A DNA stretch of 64,000 nucleotides from Minutocellus sp. GHC0000111 (lineage: Eukaryota): assembly GCA_977018835.1 (NCBI GenBank), contig OZ361257.1, positions 434,001 to 498,000 on the forward strand, given 5' to 3'. Shown piece by piece: positions 23,631-35,284 of this stretch. A program made the translations under genes and the position numbers. How positions within the stretch are numbered: position 1 is the first letter of the stretch; each line of letters starts with the position of its first letter. The notes under the pieces are model-generated. The model was not told where the DNA came from, did not search any database, and worked only from the letters and a program-made list of their open reading frames with translations.

Positions 23631-24558
23631 TTAGGCCATCTGTCGGTTCATTCGGCGGCGCTGCATGCGTTCCATGCGGATGCGCATACGTGCCTCATTG
23701 ACCTTGCGCTTCTTCTTCTGCTGGCTGTTCTCGAAGTAACGGCGATGACGGAGCTCCATGAGGTGGCCGGACTTGTTGACCTCGCGCTTGAACCGGCGGA
23801 GGGCCTGCTCGATGGACTCGCCCTCGCCGACCTCAATCTTGACGGAGACGGCAAGAGAGGTGGAGGAGGCGGCAGCGGGGGCTGAAATATATGAAAGGCA
23901 AAGTGGAATGGGGGAAATATGTGAGATATATGATGCAGATATGTGAAAAGTAAAATTGGGGATGTGAGAAACTGCCGGCATCTGAGCCTCCCGACATGAA
24001 AACTTTTGGCCGGTGGCAGCTGCTCTGACTTCCGGCACTGATCGACATGCCGCTGTCGTGCATCCGAAGGAACCATATCTTTCATCAACCACCACTGCAT
24101 GTGCAGAAGCTGGTCGATGTGGTATTTCGCTGGCCAGCCTTGACCACCGACACCCGACCGACGTGGAGCTCGGCCCATCCATCAGCAGCCATCATGTCTC
24201 GAGTCTGTCGCTCCCACGAAAACTCGGCACGAGATGTGCCCTTTTCACCGAAATCGACGGGAACGCCCACCAGCCCTATCCCAACATGCGAGCACATTTG
24301 TATGATGAACATGCATTGGCCCGATAGCGCTCCCCTCACTTCATGCACATCATAATCTCCTTCTCCATCTCAATAAGCGACGGACGGACCGTCTCCACCA
24401 TCAATTCTGTGCCTGTTTTCCATCGCGTTTTTCCTTCTCTCCTCCTCTGGAAGAATGGGAAACTCACCAACCACGGAGGCAGTATTGGCGACGGGGGCAA
24501 AGCTGCTCACAACGCCGAGGACGGCGAGGAGGGCCACGAGGAACAGGCGGGACATCAT
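23631..24558 (-). CDS. rpsU: Plastid-targeted ribosomal protein bS21, copy 2 (exons 24558-24468, 23881-23631)
   Basis: VKIEVGEGESIEQALRRFKREVNKSGHLMELRHRRYFENSQQKKKRK; signal peptide ending VSS-FAP; phase-1 GT-AG intron. Confidence 0.9.
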
Positions 24559-24928
24559 CTTGACTAACTATTCAATTATCAACGCAACGACAGGCAAGGA
24601 GGCCGAACGAGCGAAAATCGCTGAGTGCGTCAGTAGCGCCAAACTTAGGGGGGCAAATAGGGACAGTCAACTTTCGGGGCCAATTAGGTTATGAGTTTCG
24701 ATTAAAAGGGGGGAATTTTGATCGCGTCAGCCGTCCAAGATTTTTGAAGTCAAGTCATCGTCAGGAGGCGAGAGCACATCGCAACCGTCATCTGCCAGCT
24801 CCATTGCTATCAGTGTTGCTGCAAAGATACGCTGCATAAACTAAGCTTTTGGTCGAGAGTGTTGCATAAAAGAAAAGGATCGCTCATTGCGGAAAAGTAT
24901 AGCTGGATTGAAATATCAATTTTTTTAA

Positions 24929-26997
24929 ATGAGGATATCCCTGTCTACAATTGCGGCAGCTGCCCTTTTCGTTGGTTCCGCCGGTCCGGCCATGGCCTTT
25001 GCTACCTCCATTCCCTCTGGAGCTGCATCTATCAGCAGTGGTGTAACTTCCATTTCCAATATCCGATCTTCCAGTATTAACTCAAACTGCTGCCGGTCCG
25101 AAACCAGCACATCTACTCAGCTGAATGCCATCAATCCCCTGCAAATCCTCCGAGGCGGTGCAGCAGCCGCATCCACCACCGGCGCCGAAGCTGTCGCGGA
25201 AACATTCTTTGATTCCACCATCGGCCAGGCTCTTTCCTCGACTTTTGCCACATCCACACCTTCCGGTTTGTTCAACGCCGCCCTGGCAGCACTGGCGCTG
25301 ACCACCGTCGGCATCAAGACGGCCGCCAAGCTGGGTGATTCCAAGGAAAGTGATGAAAGTGCCGACAAAAAGGAGGAAAAGCCCAAGGAGATCAAGACGC
25401 TCCAGATGAAATTCTTGTCGGTATTTTGGCTATTGAGGTTGAGCGATTGGCTCCAGGGACCGTACTTTTACGAGGGTGAGTTTTGAGGCAGAAATTGAGT
25501 TTGATGCCGCTTTGTTATTTGGAATGTCGAGTGGCAAGACGCACATTGTATGCATACATCGGAGACGATTGCATATTTATACTGCCAATCATCACATACA
25601 TACGTTTGTCTCACATGAACAATATCATTTCGTTCCTTTTTCCTCACAGTCTACGCCAGCAAAATATTCAATGGAGCACCCGCAACTCTGTCCATGATCT
25701 CCCAGCTGTTCCTCACGGGATTTGCCTCCACCGCTCTCTTTGGTCCCCTCGTCGGTCGTCTTTCCGATCAGTACGGACGCAAGCTGGGAACTCTTGCATT
25801 TTGCTTGTTGTACAGTCTTGGCGCCGCCAGTACCAAGAGTCCGCTTCTCTGGGTGCTTCTATTGGGCCGTGTCATGAGTGGCATCGGTACCTCGCTTCTG
25901 TTCAGTGCTCCCGAGGCATGGTTGGTCGGTGAGGCCCTCCAAAAGAAGAAGGGTGGGGATTATTTGGGGTGAGTTGAGAATACTGCTTGGTACAAATATA
26001 GCGGCGTGATGGGATGTACGAGGGCAAGCGGTTTACGATCGGTATATTATGACAGACAGTGGGGTGCATCAATGCATGGATATCAGCATGGATATTGCCT
26101 TCTCTGTGGCGTCCTTTTGATATCCCTATTGGCTCACCGCATTTTTGTAATAACTCCTCATCTTGCCATCAGTGAAACATTCGGTTTGGCATACGCTGGA
26201 GATTCCATCGTAGCCATCATTGCTGGACAGCTTGCCGGTGCCATGGCTGGTGCTCGTGGACCGACAGGCCCATTCGAGTTATCAACTGGCTTCCTCCTTG
26301 CCGGTGGTCTTCTTACTTCGTTGCTGTGGAAGGAGAACAAGGCCGAGTCGGGCAGTGACGACGGGGAGGGCAAGCAGCCCACAATCCGTGATGCGGTCAA
26401 TGTTACGAAGAAAGACAAGAAGATCATGTTGGTGGGTGCTACGCAGGCCCTGTTTGAGGCGAGTATGTACATCTTTGTCTTGCAGTGGCCACCGGCCATC
26501 TCCAAGGCCATCGGTGGTGCTTTCGGATCAGGAGCTGCGACTCCTTATGGCACCATCTTCTCGTGCTTCATGGCCTCGTGTCTGTTGGGCTCGACCATCT
26601 TTGGACAGCTGATCTCTCGCGGCGTGGCGACCGAGTCGTTCATGGCGGCGATGCTGGGCATTGGTACACTGGCAATGGGAGCGGCTACATTCGCATCGAA
26701 TGCTGCCGCAGCACCTCTGGCGTTATTAGTGGCCGCCTTCTTTGTGTTCGAGGCTTGCGTCGGATGCTACTTCCCATCCATCGGTACCCTCCCGTGACAG
26801 TACTTGCCCGATTCTCACCGATCGATTTTGATGAATCTGTGAATGCTCTGGTCGTGACGGTCTTCCTAAGCATCAAGAAGCTCGGAGTGAGCGGTGCATT
26901 GTCCGTGTCGACTGGCGCTCTTGGCGTAGCCGCCGCCAGCATGCTTGCTCTCAAGCGACTGGCTGGTAAAGAGGAGAGCAAGTCCGCTGACGCATAA
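24929..26997 (+). CDS. MFSD5/MOT2-type molybdate-anion transporter family MFS protein (exons 24929-25475, 25650-25968, 26173-26997; disrupted at about 26790-26845)
   Basis: SDWLQGPYFYEVY, ISQLFLTGF, LGRVMSGIGTSLLFSAPEAWLV, QALFEASMYIFVLQWPP, FEACVGCYFPSIGTL; presequence AMA-FATS. Confidence 0.88.
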
Positions 26998-27710
26998 ATG
27001 TAGCTAACAATTAATTATTGAATACGAAAACATGCCCTAGCCCCTGTTTTGCCAAGAATACGAGTTTACCAATGGCAAAGTGTCTCATTTGCCAGCATAT
27101 GTGCAGATACAATCTAACACGAAAGTTATGGAGGAAAGTTCATGTCCTTGCCACTCGGTACCAGCCTAATCCATTGTCGTCATTTGTCGCCGGGCCTGAA
27201 ATCTTTTGTGGCAGAAAATATCTGAATCTGAAAGTCGGATAAAGTGACGACGACACGGACAAAATACCTGACCGGAACAACTCCGTATCTCAAATGAAAC
27301 AATAGGGAACGCATTTGATCTACCCAGGGATGGATTGGTTAAAGAAGGCGCTCCAATCGTAGCACTTCCTACTTTCCCAAGGCAGAATGAGAACAAATTT
27401 TGTGGATTGACGCATGACTGATCTAGATTGTTTACTTCGCAAGAGGAGAAAGTGCGTGAAACTTTGGCTCCTAGCCCTCCAATATGTATGGAGAAGTGAT
27501 CTGGAGCTTGGTATCATTGCATCTCATCATCTTTGCGGTCATCTGGGGGCTCAAGTGGCGGTGTCAGCTATCTTGGTGGTGGACTGGGAAGAGGTGAGAA
27601 TGATTCTCCTATGTCAATGCCTCGGGGTTTTGTAAATCTCATATCTTCGGTCTGTTGAACCGCCACCATGATGACGGCACTTCCCAAGCAGCCGTCAGAT
27701 ACGTAGGAAG

Positions 27711-28721
27711 ATGAAGCGCCTGTCTGCAGTGGCCATTCTTTTCGGCCCAATTTGTTGTTTGACGCCATGCAATGCGCTGGCCGGCCCACGGCCAAATGTG
27801 GTGGCGAACATGCCATCGATCGCCGGTGCTCGTTGTGCCGAGGCGAATGAAGCCCAGCAAGCGCGTAAAACGGCCCTCTCGATGTCGGGAGGTGGTGGTG
27901 CCGTTGAATCAGCCGAGCTCAAAGATTACGGGCCCGAAATGTCGGCGCTATTTGGCAACATCCGAGTGCCGTGAGTATCTTTGATGTGACGCCTGACATA
28001 TGTTGCTTTGGCTCGGTCTACGTCACATGTAGCTCGCCATGATCTGCTAACTTTAGACACTCTTATGCGATACCCTTCGATTGTATCTAACCATATCTTT
28101 TGTATCGTCACTGACTTATGCCATCGCAGAGCCGCTCTATTTGCCGGTGCATCGGCTGGCGCTGCCTTCGCCATGCCACTTGGCAGTGCCGATGGCCTCG
28201 CCCTTGGTTTCGTTAAGAGGATTTATGCACTGCTGATGATGGGTGCTCTTAGCTGCCAACTGCTTGCTATAATCGTGGCTACATTATCGATGGGAAACAT
28301 TTCCATCTCTACCGAACCAAGAAAGGCTTCCAGCTTGGCAGGTTACATTGAAGAATTCTTCGATCTCAGCTGGGTAACGGCGAGATGGAACTTTTTGTTT
28401 GGTATCTTTGCATTCGTGATTGGTCAAGGAATGAGAGCGTGGTTGACTACAGGATGCCCGATTTTTGGCAAGGCGGCTTTGGGCATTATTTTGTCCAGCA
28501 CCATTCTCGCGATTGGCTTTATCGAGGATTCCGACCGAAAGAGATCAAGCGCTGGAGTATCCAAGGGTTTGGTTTCGTTAACGATCAAGTATGTCCGATT
28601 GATGCTCAAGGAAAGCAAACAAGATCCATGGTTTGCGTTGGGATCGTTGTTGTCTGCCATCACTTGGGGTTATGTTTTCTACAACATGCCTCATGTCTAT
28701 CGATATCTTGATGTGCATTGA
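27711..28721 (+). CDS. Multi-pass membrane protein of unknown function (exons 27711-27970, 28130-28721)
   Basis: Signal peptide-like N-terminus; GT-AG intron 27971-28129 restores frame (NIRVP|AALFAG); several hydrophobic helices. Confidence 0.7.
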
Positions 28722-28958
28722 ATAGATGTGGTTAGATTGAATAAAGAGACAGTAGAATTGACTTGTTCATCCCTCGGTCTACCGGTATCATCTTCCCTGA
28801 CATGCGCTCTTGAAGCATTTGAGAGGCTCAACAGACTCCACGCATGCTAAAGAGTGACGAGTTTATCGAAATCCTCCAACAACGTCATCGCATCATGGTA
28901 CAATTCATGGGCGGTACAATACGCCGGTTCTCCACCAGCAACGCATTGCTTTGCCACC

Positions 28959-30316
28959 ATGCATCCCCGACCCATCGCCCTGCTAGGCCTCCTAGCTGCT
29001 GCATCGCCAGCATGTGCGTTCCTCCCTTCTTCGACGGCGCCGGTATCTTTCGATTCCAGCACGAGCAGCACACGCCTCCATCAGAGCTCGGTTCCAGCCG
29101 AGAATGATTTGCTAACTCGTCTGCAATCCGAGGCCAAGGAACTGGCCAGCTGTGCGCAGCTGGCATTCGGTCGTCTCTTCCAGCCCGACAGTTCGGTCAG
29201 CACCGAGGCTACTGAAATTGTCAAATTATGCGATGAAATCAACGAGCTTGGCAACAAGGAAAGGTCTGCATCCGACAAAGAGGACGAGCTGCTCATGGAA
29301 TCCATCCAGCTCAAGGCCAAGGCCCTCAAATTTCGCAGATATGAATTGCTTGCCAAGATGATGCGCGCCGACTACGATGCATATGTAGCCACCGCCTCCT
29401 TTCTGGGAAGTCGGATACCGCGAATGGAATTGCCGAATGTGCAGGATGTGCCCTATCCCGATCTGACGCCGGTGCTGGAAGCCTCTTCGTCGGCGGAAGA
29501 TGCCGACCTTGTGCCCGACTGTACCATGGAACCCATGAAGTACAATGATTCGCCGCTGGACAAACTTTTGCTCAAGATATTTCGAAATCTGGTGGTCAAG
29601 AATACGGGTGGAGTTACAAGTGAAAAGCCTGGTATTGAGGGATTGCTCCAGCAGGGTCGGACCTTTATGCTCAAGCCGGATCAGACCTCAGAGGCACAGC
29701 ACAAGATGGTCCGTGATACGCTTGGTGGATTGATGACTCCCGTTCTGCCGCCATTCTATCGGATATTTATGAGCGGTATTATTCCCAAGGCGGAGTGGGT
29801 TCCGGAAGATTTGCGCGGAAAGCAGATCGGTCCGTGGTTCTATGCCCCATTCTTGACCAGCTTTGTGACACCGACGTTTTTTGCCTTCTTGGTCGGTCCG
29901 TCCTATCCCAATCGACGCAAAGACGGCCAGCCTGGCGGTCTGGTCGTGGAGAAGTGCAAGTTTCTCCAGGAATCGGGGTGCAAGGGTAAGTGCACATATA
30001 CTGTGTCCGTTCTGGGCGTGATATCACTCTCTCGTTGCTCACTTCTTTCGTTTCGACTGCTCATACTCTCATTCTGCAATCAGGGCTTTGCTTGCACCAG
30101 TGTAAGTTACCCGCCCAGCAGTTCTTCAAGGACGAACTTGGGTTGAGCTTGACCCTCAGCCCCAACTTCGAGACCCAGGAGTGCCAATGGAGTTTCAATG
30201 AGGAACCTTTGCCGCCGCAAGACGATCCAAGTTTTCCCAAGGGTTGCCTGGTCGGCTGCGAATCACGAAAGCAAGTCGCGGAGATGGGATTGAAATCGGA
30301 TATTTGCAGCGTTTAG
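28959..30316 (+). CDS. Beta-carotene isomerase D27-like (DUF4033) plastid protein (exons 28959-29985, 30084-30316)
   Basis: YNDSPLDKLL, VTPTFFAFLVGPS, VEKCKFLQESGCKGLCLHQCKLPAQQFFKDELGLSLTLSPNFETQECQWSFNEEP; presequence ACA-FLP. Confidence 0.9.
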
Positions 30317-30489
30317 CCAGTAGTCAGCTTGCCGTAATTGACATAGATAACATCTATTCCTTATTCACTTAAGATAATGCATTACATTGATACTATGCTC
30401 CGAAAAAATCTCAAAAATCAACGTCTCGGCTCCTCCCCTCACGCCGCACTTTTCTTATCGAATCCATTCATAACGCGTCTCCACTTAGT

Positions 30490-31570
30490 TTAGGCCGACT
30501 TCTTGCGACAGCAGCAGCACTTGATCAAACACACGAGCATCATGAAGATGATGAAGCAACCGATGGCAATGCCGACCTTGGCCCCGGTGCTCAAACTCAT
30601 GGGGTCCGTCATGGCTTGCTTTGCAGTTTCTTTCAGTCCTTCGGCCATGTCATTGAGCTTGTCCATGAGCGATCCCTCCTCGGGATCATTGAAGGAACCA
30701 TCACCGGTAGGCTCATCACCATCGCCGTCGCCATCAGCATCGGTATCGGTGGTATTGTCCGCGTTGGCCATGCCCATCTAACCTTCGTCGACCAGTTCAT
30801 TCTCACCGTCATCACCATTCTCACCGCCGTTGCCCATGCCCTCGGGAGGCACCACACCCGAGGCCTCGGGAGGGATATCCGGAATATTGGCATCCAAAAG
30901 CGACGTCAGAGCCAAGCAGTTGCCATACGTCAGACAGGCGGCGAAGCCACAGTTCTCGCTGCCAATACCGGTCTGGCAGCACTGGGCCGGAGCACAAAGA
31001 GCCGTACATTCAGCAATGCCCTCGTCGGTCTCGAGGCTGGAACCCGAGCAGGCAATCTCGAGGGCATCGCCCTCGGCCGGCTGCAGGGGCTCGGTTTGCT
31101 GCACAAAATTGAACCAACGCATGAAAATTGAAGATGAGTATTTTATACTTGTCTATATTTCAATATTCATCTGTGGCATACCATAAAAACAAGCACAAAA
31201 CATGTCTGATCAAAAGGCAAATAAAAGCAGCACGTGTTGTGCCGACTTTTGTTTATATCGACCAAAGATACGCACAGACACATCAAGATACGGAGCATGT
31301 CACAAAAACCGCCACATGACCGTTAATGTTTGCAAAACTCACCATCTTCCTTCGGACGGCGTTGGTGGCATGATGCAAGACCTGAGCGGCCGGGTGGGGC
31401 CAAACCTTGAGGAGGGACGAGGCGGCCGATGCCAATGCCGATGAGGCTGGAGAGGAGCTTTCAGTTGCGGTCGAAGAACCACGGATACCGCCGCTGCCAA
31501 CCTGAGCAGCGGCGTTGGCAGAGGAAAATACAGAGGCGACGAGCGCCAAGAAGAGGAGGGAGCGGACCAT
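30490..31570 (-). CDS. Single-pass membrane protein with signal peptide, Cys-rich and acidic ectodomain; in-frame TAG at 30778-30780
   Basis: MVRSLLFLALVASVFSSANA; intron about 31342-31099; CTALCAPAQCC; C-terminal TM followed by CCCCRKK. Confidence 0.65.
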
Positions 31571-32087
31571 GGTTGTTCGTTGTTGGCTCTTCCTTCTCGA
31601 GATTCGATTCTGCCCCTTGCTCGTCTCGATTTGAACTTGGTCTTGCCAATTTCTCGGGCGTTCGCAAGCAAGCCTTCCTCGCCATCGGATCGAAGAATCT
31701 TCGGTCCTCATCTCCTACTTTTTTGTCACAGAAAGCCAAAAGAATAGAAGTGAGGCAGAAGGAAGAAACCTGAACGAAGGAAACCCTGAACGGAGGCAAC
31801 CAGCACCTGCCTGATCATCGAGCAAGCAAGGCAAAGCTGAACGAAAGAAGGTGAACGCAATTCGCAAAGGAGCAGACATATTTACCCTCCAAAAACGCAG
31901 CGGCAAAACAACTGCTGCTGATTTACCATTCAGTAATACTCTATCATCCTCGGCGACGAATCAATCTACAAGCAATCCATTCATTCACAACACGAGCCCG
32001 TAAGTCATGACGATTTTTGGCCGCACGTACATGTACAGCATTTGCTCCACATGCCTTCCTGCTGCTCTTTGATGCTCTGTTTTGGCA

Positions 32088-33161
32088 ATGCGGCTCCTTC
32101 TTCCAAAGGCAGTCCACGCCCAGTCGACGACCCTGCGTCCAACGTCGGCGGCTGGAACCGATACTCCTACTATCTCTAGTATGCTGTCCTCGACATCGTG
32201 CGACTATGGCATTTCCAACTGCCTACTTTACAATTGCAATAGTTGCAAGAATTTGTTCGACGATTCCTGCTGGGGATGTCACAAATGTTGTGCCGGCGTG
32301 AAACAGGACTGCATCGAAGGCCAGGCGGATGCCGTCGGCTTCGACAAGTGCGGAAATGGTCCAACGCCACAGCCGACGCCGCCGACGCAGACGCCGACTC
32401 TCCGTTCGACCTTGTATCCAACATCCGATATACATGAAACCGATACATATGCGTTGGAACCAACAGCTACGCCGACGCCGACGCCAACTCTTCGCTCGAC
32501 CCTGTATTCAACGTCCGATGTATATGAAACCGATGTGTTAGAACCAACACCTACCCTGCCGTCCACTCCTTGGATTGGGGAGCAAACCGAGATGCCGACT
32601 TACATGTACGACTATCCGCCATTTACCGCTGACGCAGAGGAGGAGGAGGAAGAAGAAGAAGAAGATTCGGAGAATCTCTCCGATGCTGCTGCAATTGCCA
32701 TCAAAATTTTCGGTACTGTCGTGAAGGAGGAAGAAGAAGAAAATTCGAAAAATCTCTCCGATGCTGCTGCAATTGCCATCGAAATTGTCGGCGGTATCGT
32801 CCTCACACTTTTGGTAGGTTTCGTTTTTGTGAATTTGGTAAAGTTTATGTTAATGTGCGATTCTCCTTCTGAAGGCGAGAACAATAGTCACAATATCGTT
32901 GGCAACAGAACGGCAGCAGGCGCAGTAGGAGAGAGCGCGGTTGCTGCTGAATGCCTAGAGGTGTCGCCATCCATAGCCGAGGTGCCACCTGTTCCGGTAG
33001 CATCGGCGGTTCTTGTAGGCACCGGTACCTCCGAGAACATTGGTGATGTTCAAGATCCACCGCTTGCCAAGGTAGACCTAGTTAGCATGGACTATTGGGA
33101 TAATGCAGTGTCTGGAGTCTCATCCCCACCTCCTCCGCCATCAGCTCCTCCAGCCGAGTGA
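32088..33161 (+). CDS. Single-pass membrane protein with Cys-rich head, Pro/Thr stalk and internal repeats (start uncertain)
   Basis: Cys cluster, duplicated PTLRSTLY and EEEE..NLSDAAAIAI units, TM IVGGIVLTLLVGFVFV, cytoplasmic PSIAEVPPVPVASAV and PSAPP. Confidence 0.7.
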   Translation: MRLLLPKAVHAQSTTLRPTSAAGTDTPTISSMLSSTSCDYGISNCLLYNCNSCKNLFDDSCWGCHKCCAGVKQDCIEGQADAVGFDKCGNGPTPQPTPPTQTPTLRSTLYPTSDIHETDTYALEPTATPTPTPTLRSTLYSTSDVYETDVLEPTPTLPSTPWIGEQTEMPTYMYDYPPFTADAEEEEEEEEEDSENLSDAAAIAIKIFGTVVKEEEEENSKNLSDAAAIAIEIVGGIVLTLLVGFVFVNLVKFMLMCDSPSEGENNSHNIVGNRTAAGAVGESAVAAECLEVSPSIAEVPPVPVASAVLVGTGTSENIGDVQDPPLAKVDLVSMDYWDNAVSGVSSPPPPPSAPPAE

Positions 33162-33389
33162 ATCCCGCACCAGTTGCTGGCAGATCTTTGCCTGTAATCA
33201 TTCCAGAAGACAAATGTATTTTCTAAAAAAGTTACTTACAATATAAATTAGAGAATCTAAAATCTATCAAACCTGTGAAAAGTGGCGGCATGGCTACATG
33301 CATCATATATACAATGGGCGTGTGTGCTGCCGTGAAATCTACTTGTAACTACTATTCGCCGTGTAAATTGGCAAACGACCTGCTCCTCC

Positions 33390-33755
33390 TTAGTGGCAGG
33401 AGCTCCTTTCGCAACGGTTGCCAGAGTCGCCAAATGGGCAGCAATACGGATGGTTTTTGTACAGCACACCGCAGTCTGCATCTGAAAAGCACTCGTCGTT
33501 CGTGGCGTCAGGATTGCAAAAGGTCAGGATTTTTTCACAGACGCCATTGCAACAGTGAGGACTTTTGGCAGTGCAACCTTCATCGGGGCATGAAGGAGAA
33601 GAAGAATCGGTTGAACAGCCATCGAACGATTCACGTGGTTCGCAGGTCTGCTTCCCTTTGATGCGCCTGATCTCATTCTTGTCTCCACGAAGATTGTTGT
33701 CGGTCGCCGAAGCGATCGTTCCGAGGACAGCGATGGCGGCAAGAAGAAGTTTCAT
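33390..33755 (-). CDS. Small secreted Cys-rich protein
   Basis: MKLLLAAIAVLGTIASA signal peptide, NLRG..RRI propeptide-like motif, Cys-rich mature region. Confidence 0.75.
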   Translation of the reverse strand: MKLLLAAIAVLGTIASATDNNLRGDKNEIRRIKGKQTCEPRESFDGCSTDSSSPSCPDEGCTAKSPHCCNGVCEKILTFCNPDATNDECFSDADCGVLYKNHPYCCPFGDSGNRCERSSCH

Positions 33756-34483
33756 TGTGATATGTTGCCTTACATGTATTGTTTGTATGTATTGTATTGA
33801 GTTGTGATGAGTTCTGCTATCGACGTCAATGCTGAATGCATTGATGTATGTGTGAAAGAAGGATGAATACATGTAAGTGGTAAAGCGAATTCGATCTTGA
33901 GATTGCCGTGATTACATTACATGTAGGAGTGTTTCAGGCATGTAGGAAGGTAGGAAGTGACGCAGATATCGATGAGTAAAAACATGCAAAGATATCCGGC
34001 GATACAAAGAAGAACCCACCGTATCAACAAATCCCGCTATCGATCCGATGAAGACTTCATTTTGTCTGTGCGCTTGTGGTGATATCTGTTTAATTATGTT
34101 ACCAGTTTTGTGAGACGGGGATTTGTTCGCCTCGCCGGCGATGATGTACACGTATGGCGCGAGATGCAAGTAGACGTATGCATGATGCATGATATGGAAG
34201 TCGAACGAAGTTCCACAGCCTGCAACGAATTTCTCACTGGATCAGCCGCGAATTCTTTGTCTGCCGATCACATTTCTGGCATGGCATGCTTCATTTGACT
34301 TCGCGTCGGCGTTGAAATCGAAATTGGTTTGACTTTGTGTGTCGTTGCTTTGACTTTGCCTCAGGCAGCTGCCTGGTGGCGGCGCTCGGCGATGTTTCGG
34401 CCCTCATCTCCTACTTTTGTGTCACAGAACAATTCCTCACTTCCTCCGCCCGCTTCATCTGCGGCATATTAGTCTCTAGTAGC

Positions 34484-34918
34484 ATGGCGGGCCCGGAGCC
34501 TCGGCCGGCGGTCGTCGTCATACAACCGCTTCTTCGTGCCATTGGCATACTGGTAGTGGCCATCGCCGTGCCCATCGCAATCATCGTGGACGGGATCGTT
34601 CGCAAGCGCGCAGTAGGCCCCCTCCATGTCTTGGCCGCCTGGCTCGTCCTGCTCGCCACGCTCATAACACTTCGTCAGCTCGTCGTTCCCCGCGTGTTTG
34701 CCTACCATCGACGCGCTACTGTGCGTCTGGTCCAAGGATTTATGCAAAACGTCACTCGATTCGTCGGGTACGGACCTGCCGTGACAATGCTCATCGTGTG
34801 GGCCTGTCGACCTTGGCCGATGTATGGAATTTGTGCCATTGCAACGTCGGCCTTGGCGGTTGGTGTGTATTGCGTTGTTGACCGACCGCGGTTTACTGGA
34901 ACATCGGGAATGCCATGA
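34484..34918 (+). CDS. Small hydrophobic membrane protein, unknown function
   Basis: About 4 hydrophobic segments in 144 aa. Confidence 0.45.
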   Translation: MAGPEPRPAVVVIQPLLRAIGILVVAIAVPIAIIVDGIVRKRAVGPLHVLAAWLVLLATLITLRQLVVPRVFAYHRRATVRLVQGFMQNVTRFVGYGPAVTMLIVWACRPWPMYGICAIATSALAVGVYCVVDRPRFTGTSGMP

Positions 34919-35284
34919 CGAGAGCGAGTCCGAGATGGAATAGGAACCGCATACACATTGTACCATCGTTTTGCGTTACATCGGTTGGTGTCGGGGTTCT
35001 GAGCAAAAAAATGAAATGACAATAATGATGCAATGGAGGTGCAGCTAGCTGATGGCATGGCAATATGGCAATCTGACCGATGACGATCGTATTCCTCCTA
35101 TTCCGGCGGTCGTGGAAAGGCAACTGAACTGCAAGGGCGAGAAGTCAAACCGATAGCAGGTGATCGTGGTTACGCGATCGTGTCTGAGTGCGAGTCAGGA
35201 TGAATAATCACACTCAACAACAGAACAAAAGAAGAGAAGAGGAGATACATGCATTTCCTTGAAATACATTGACAAAGGATAAGG

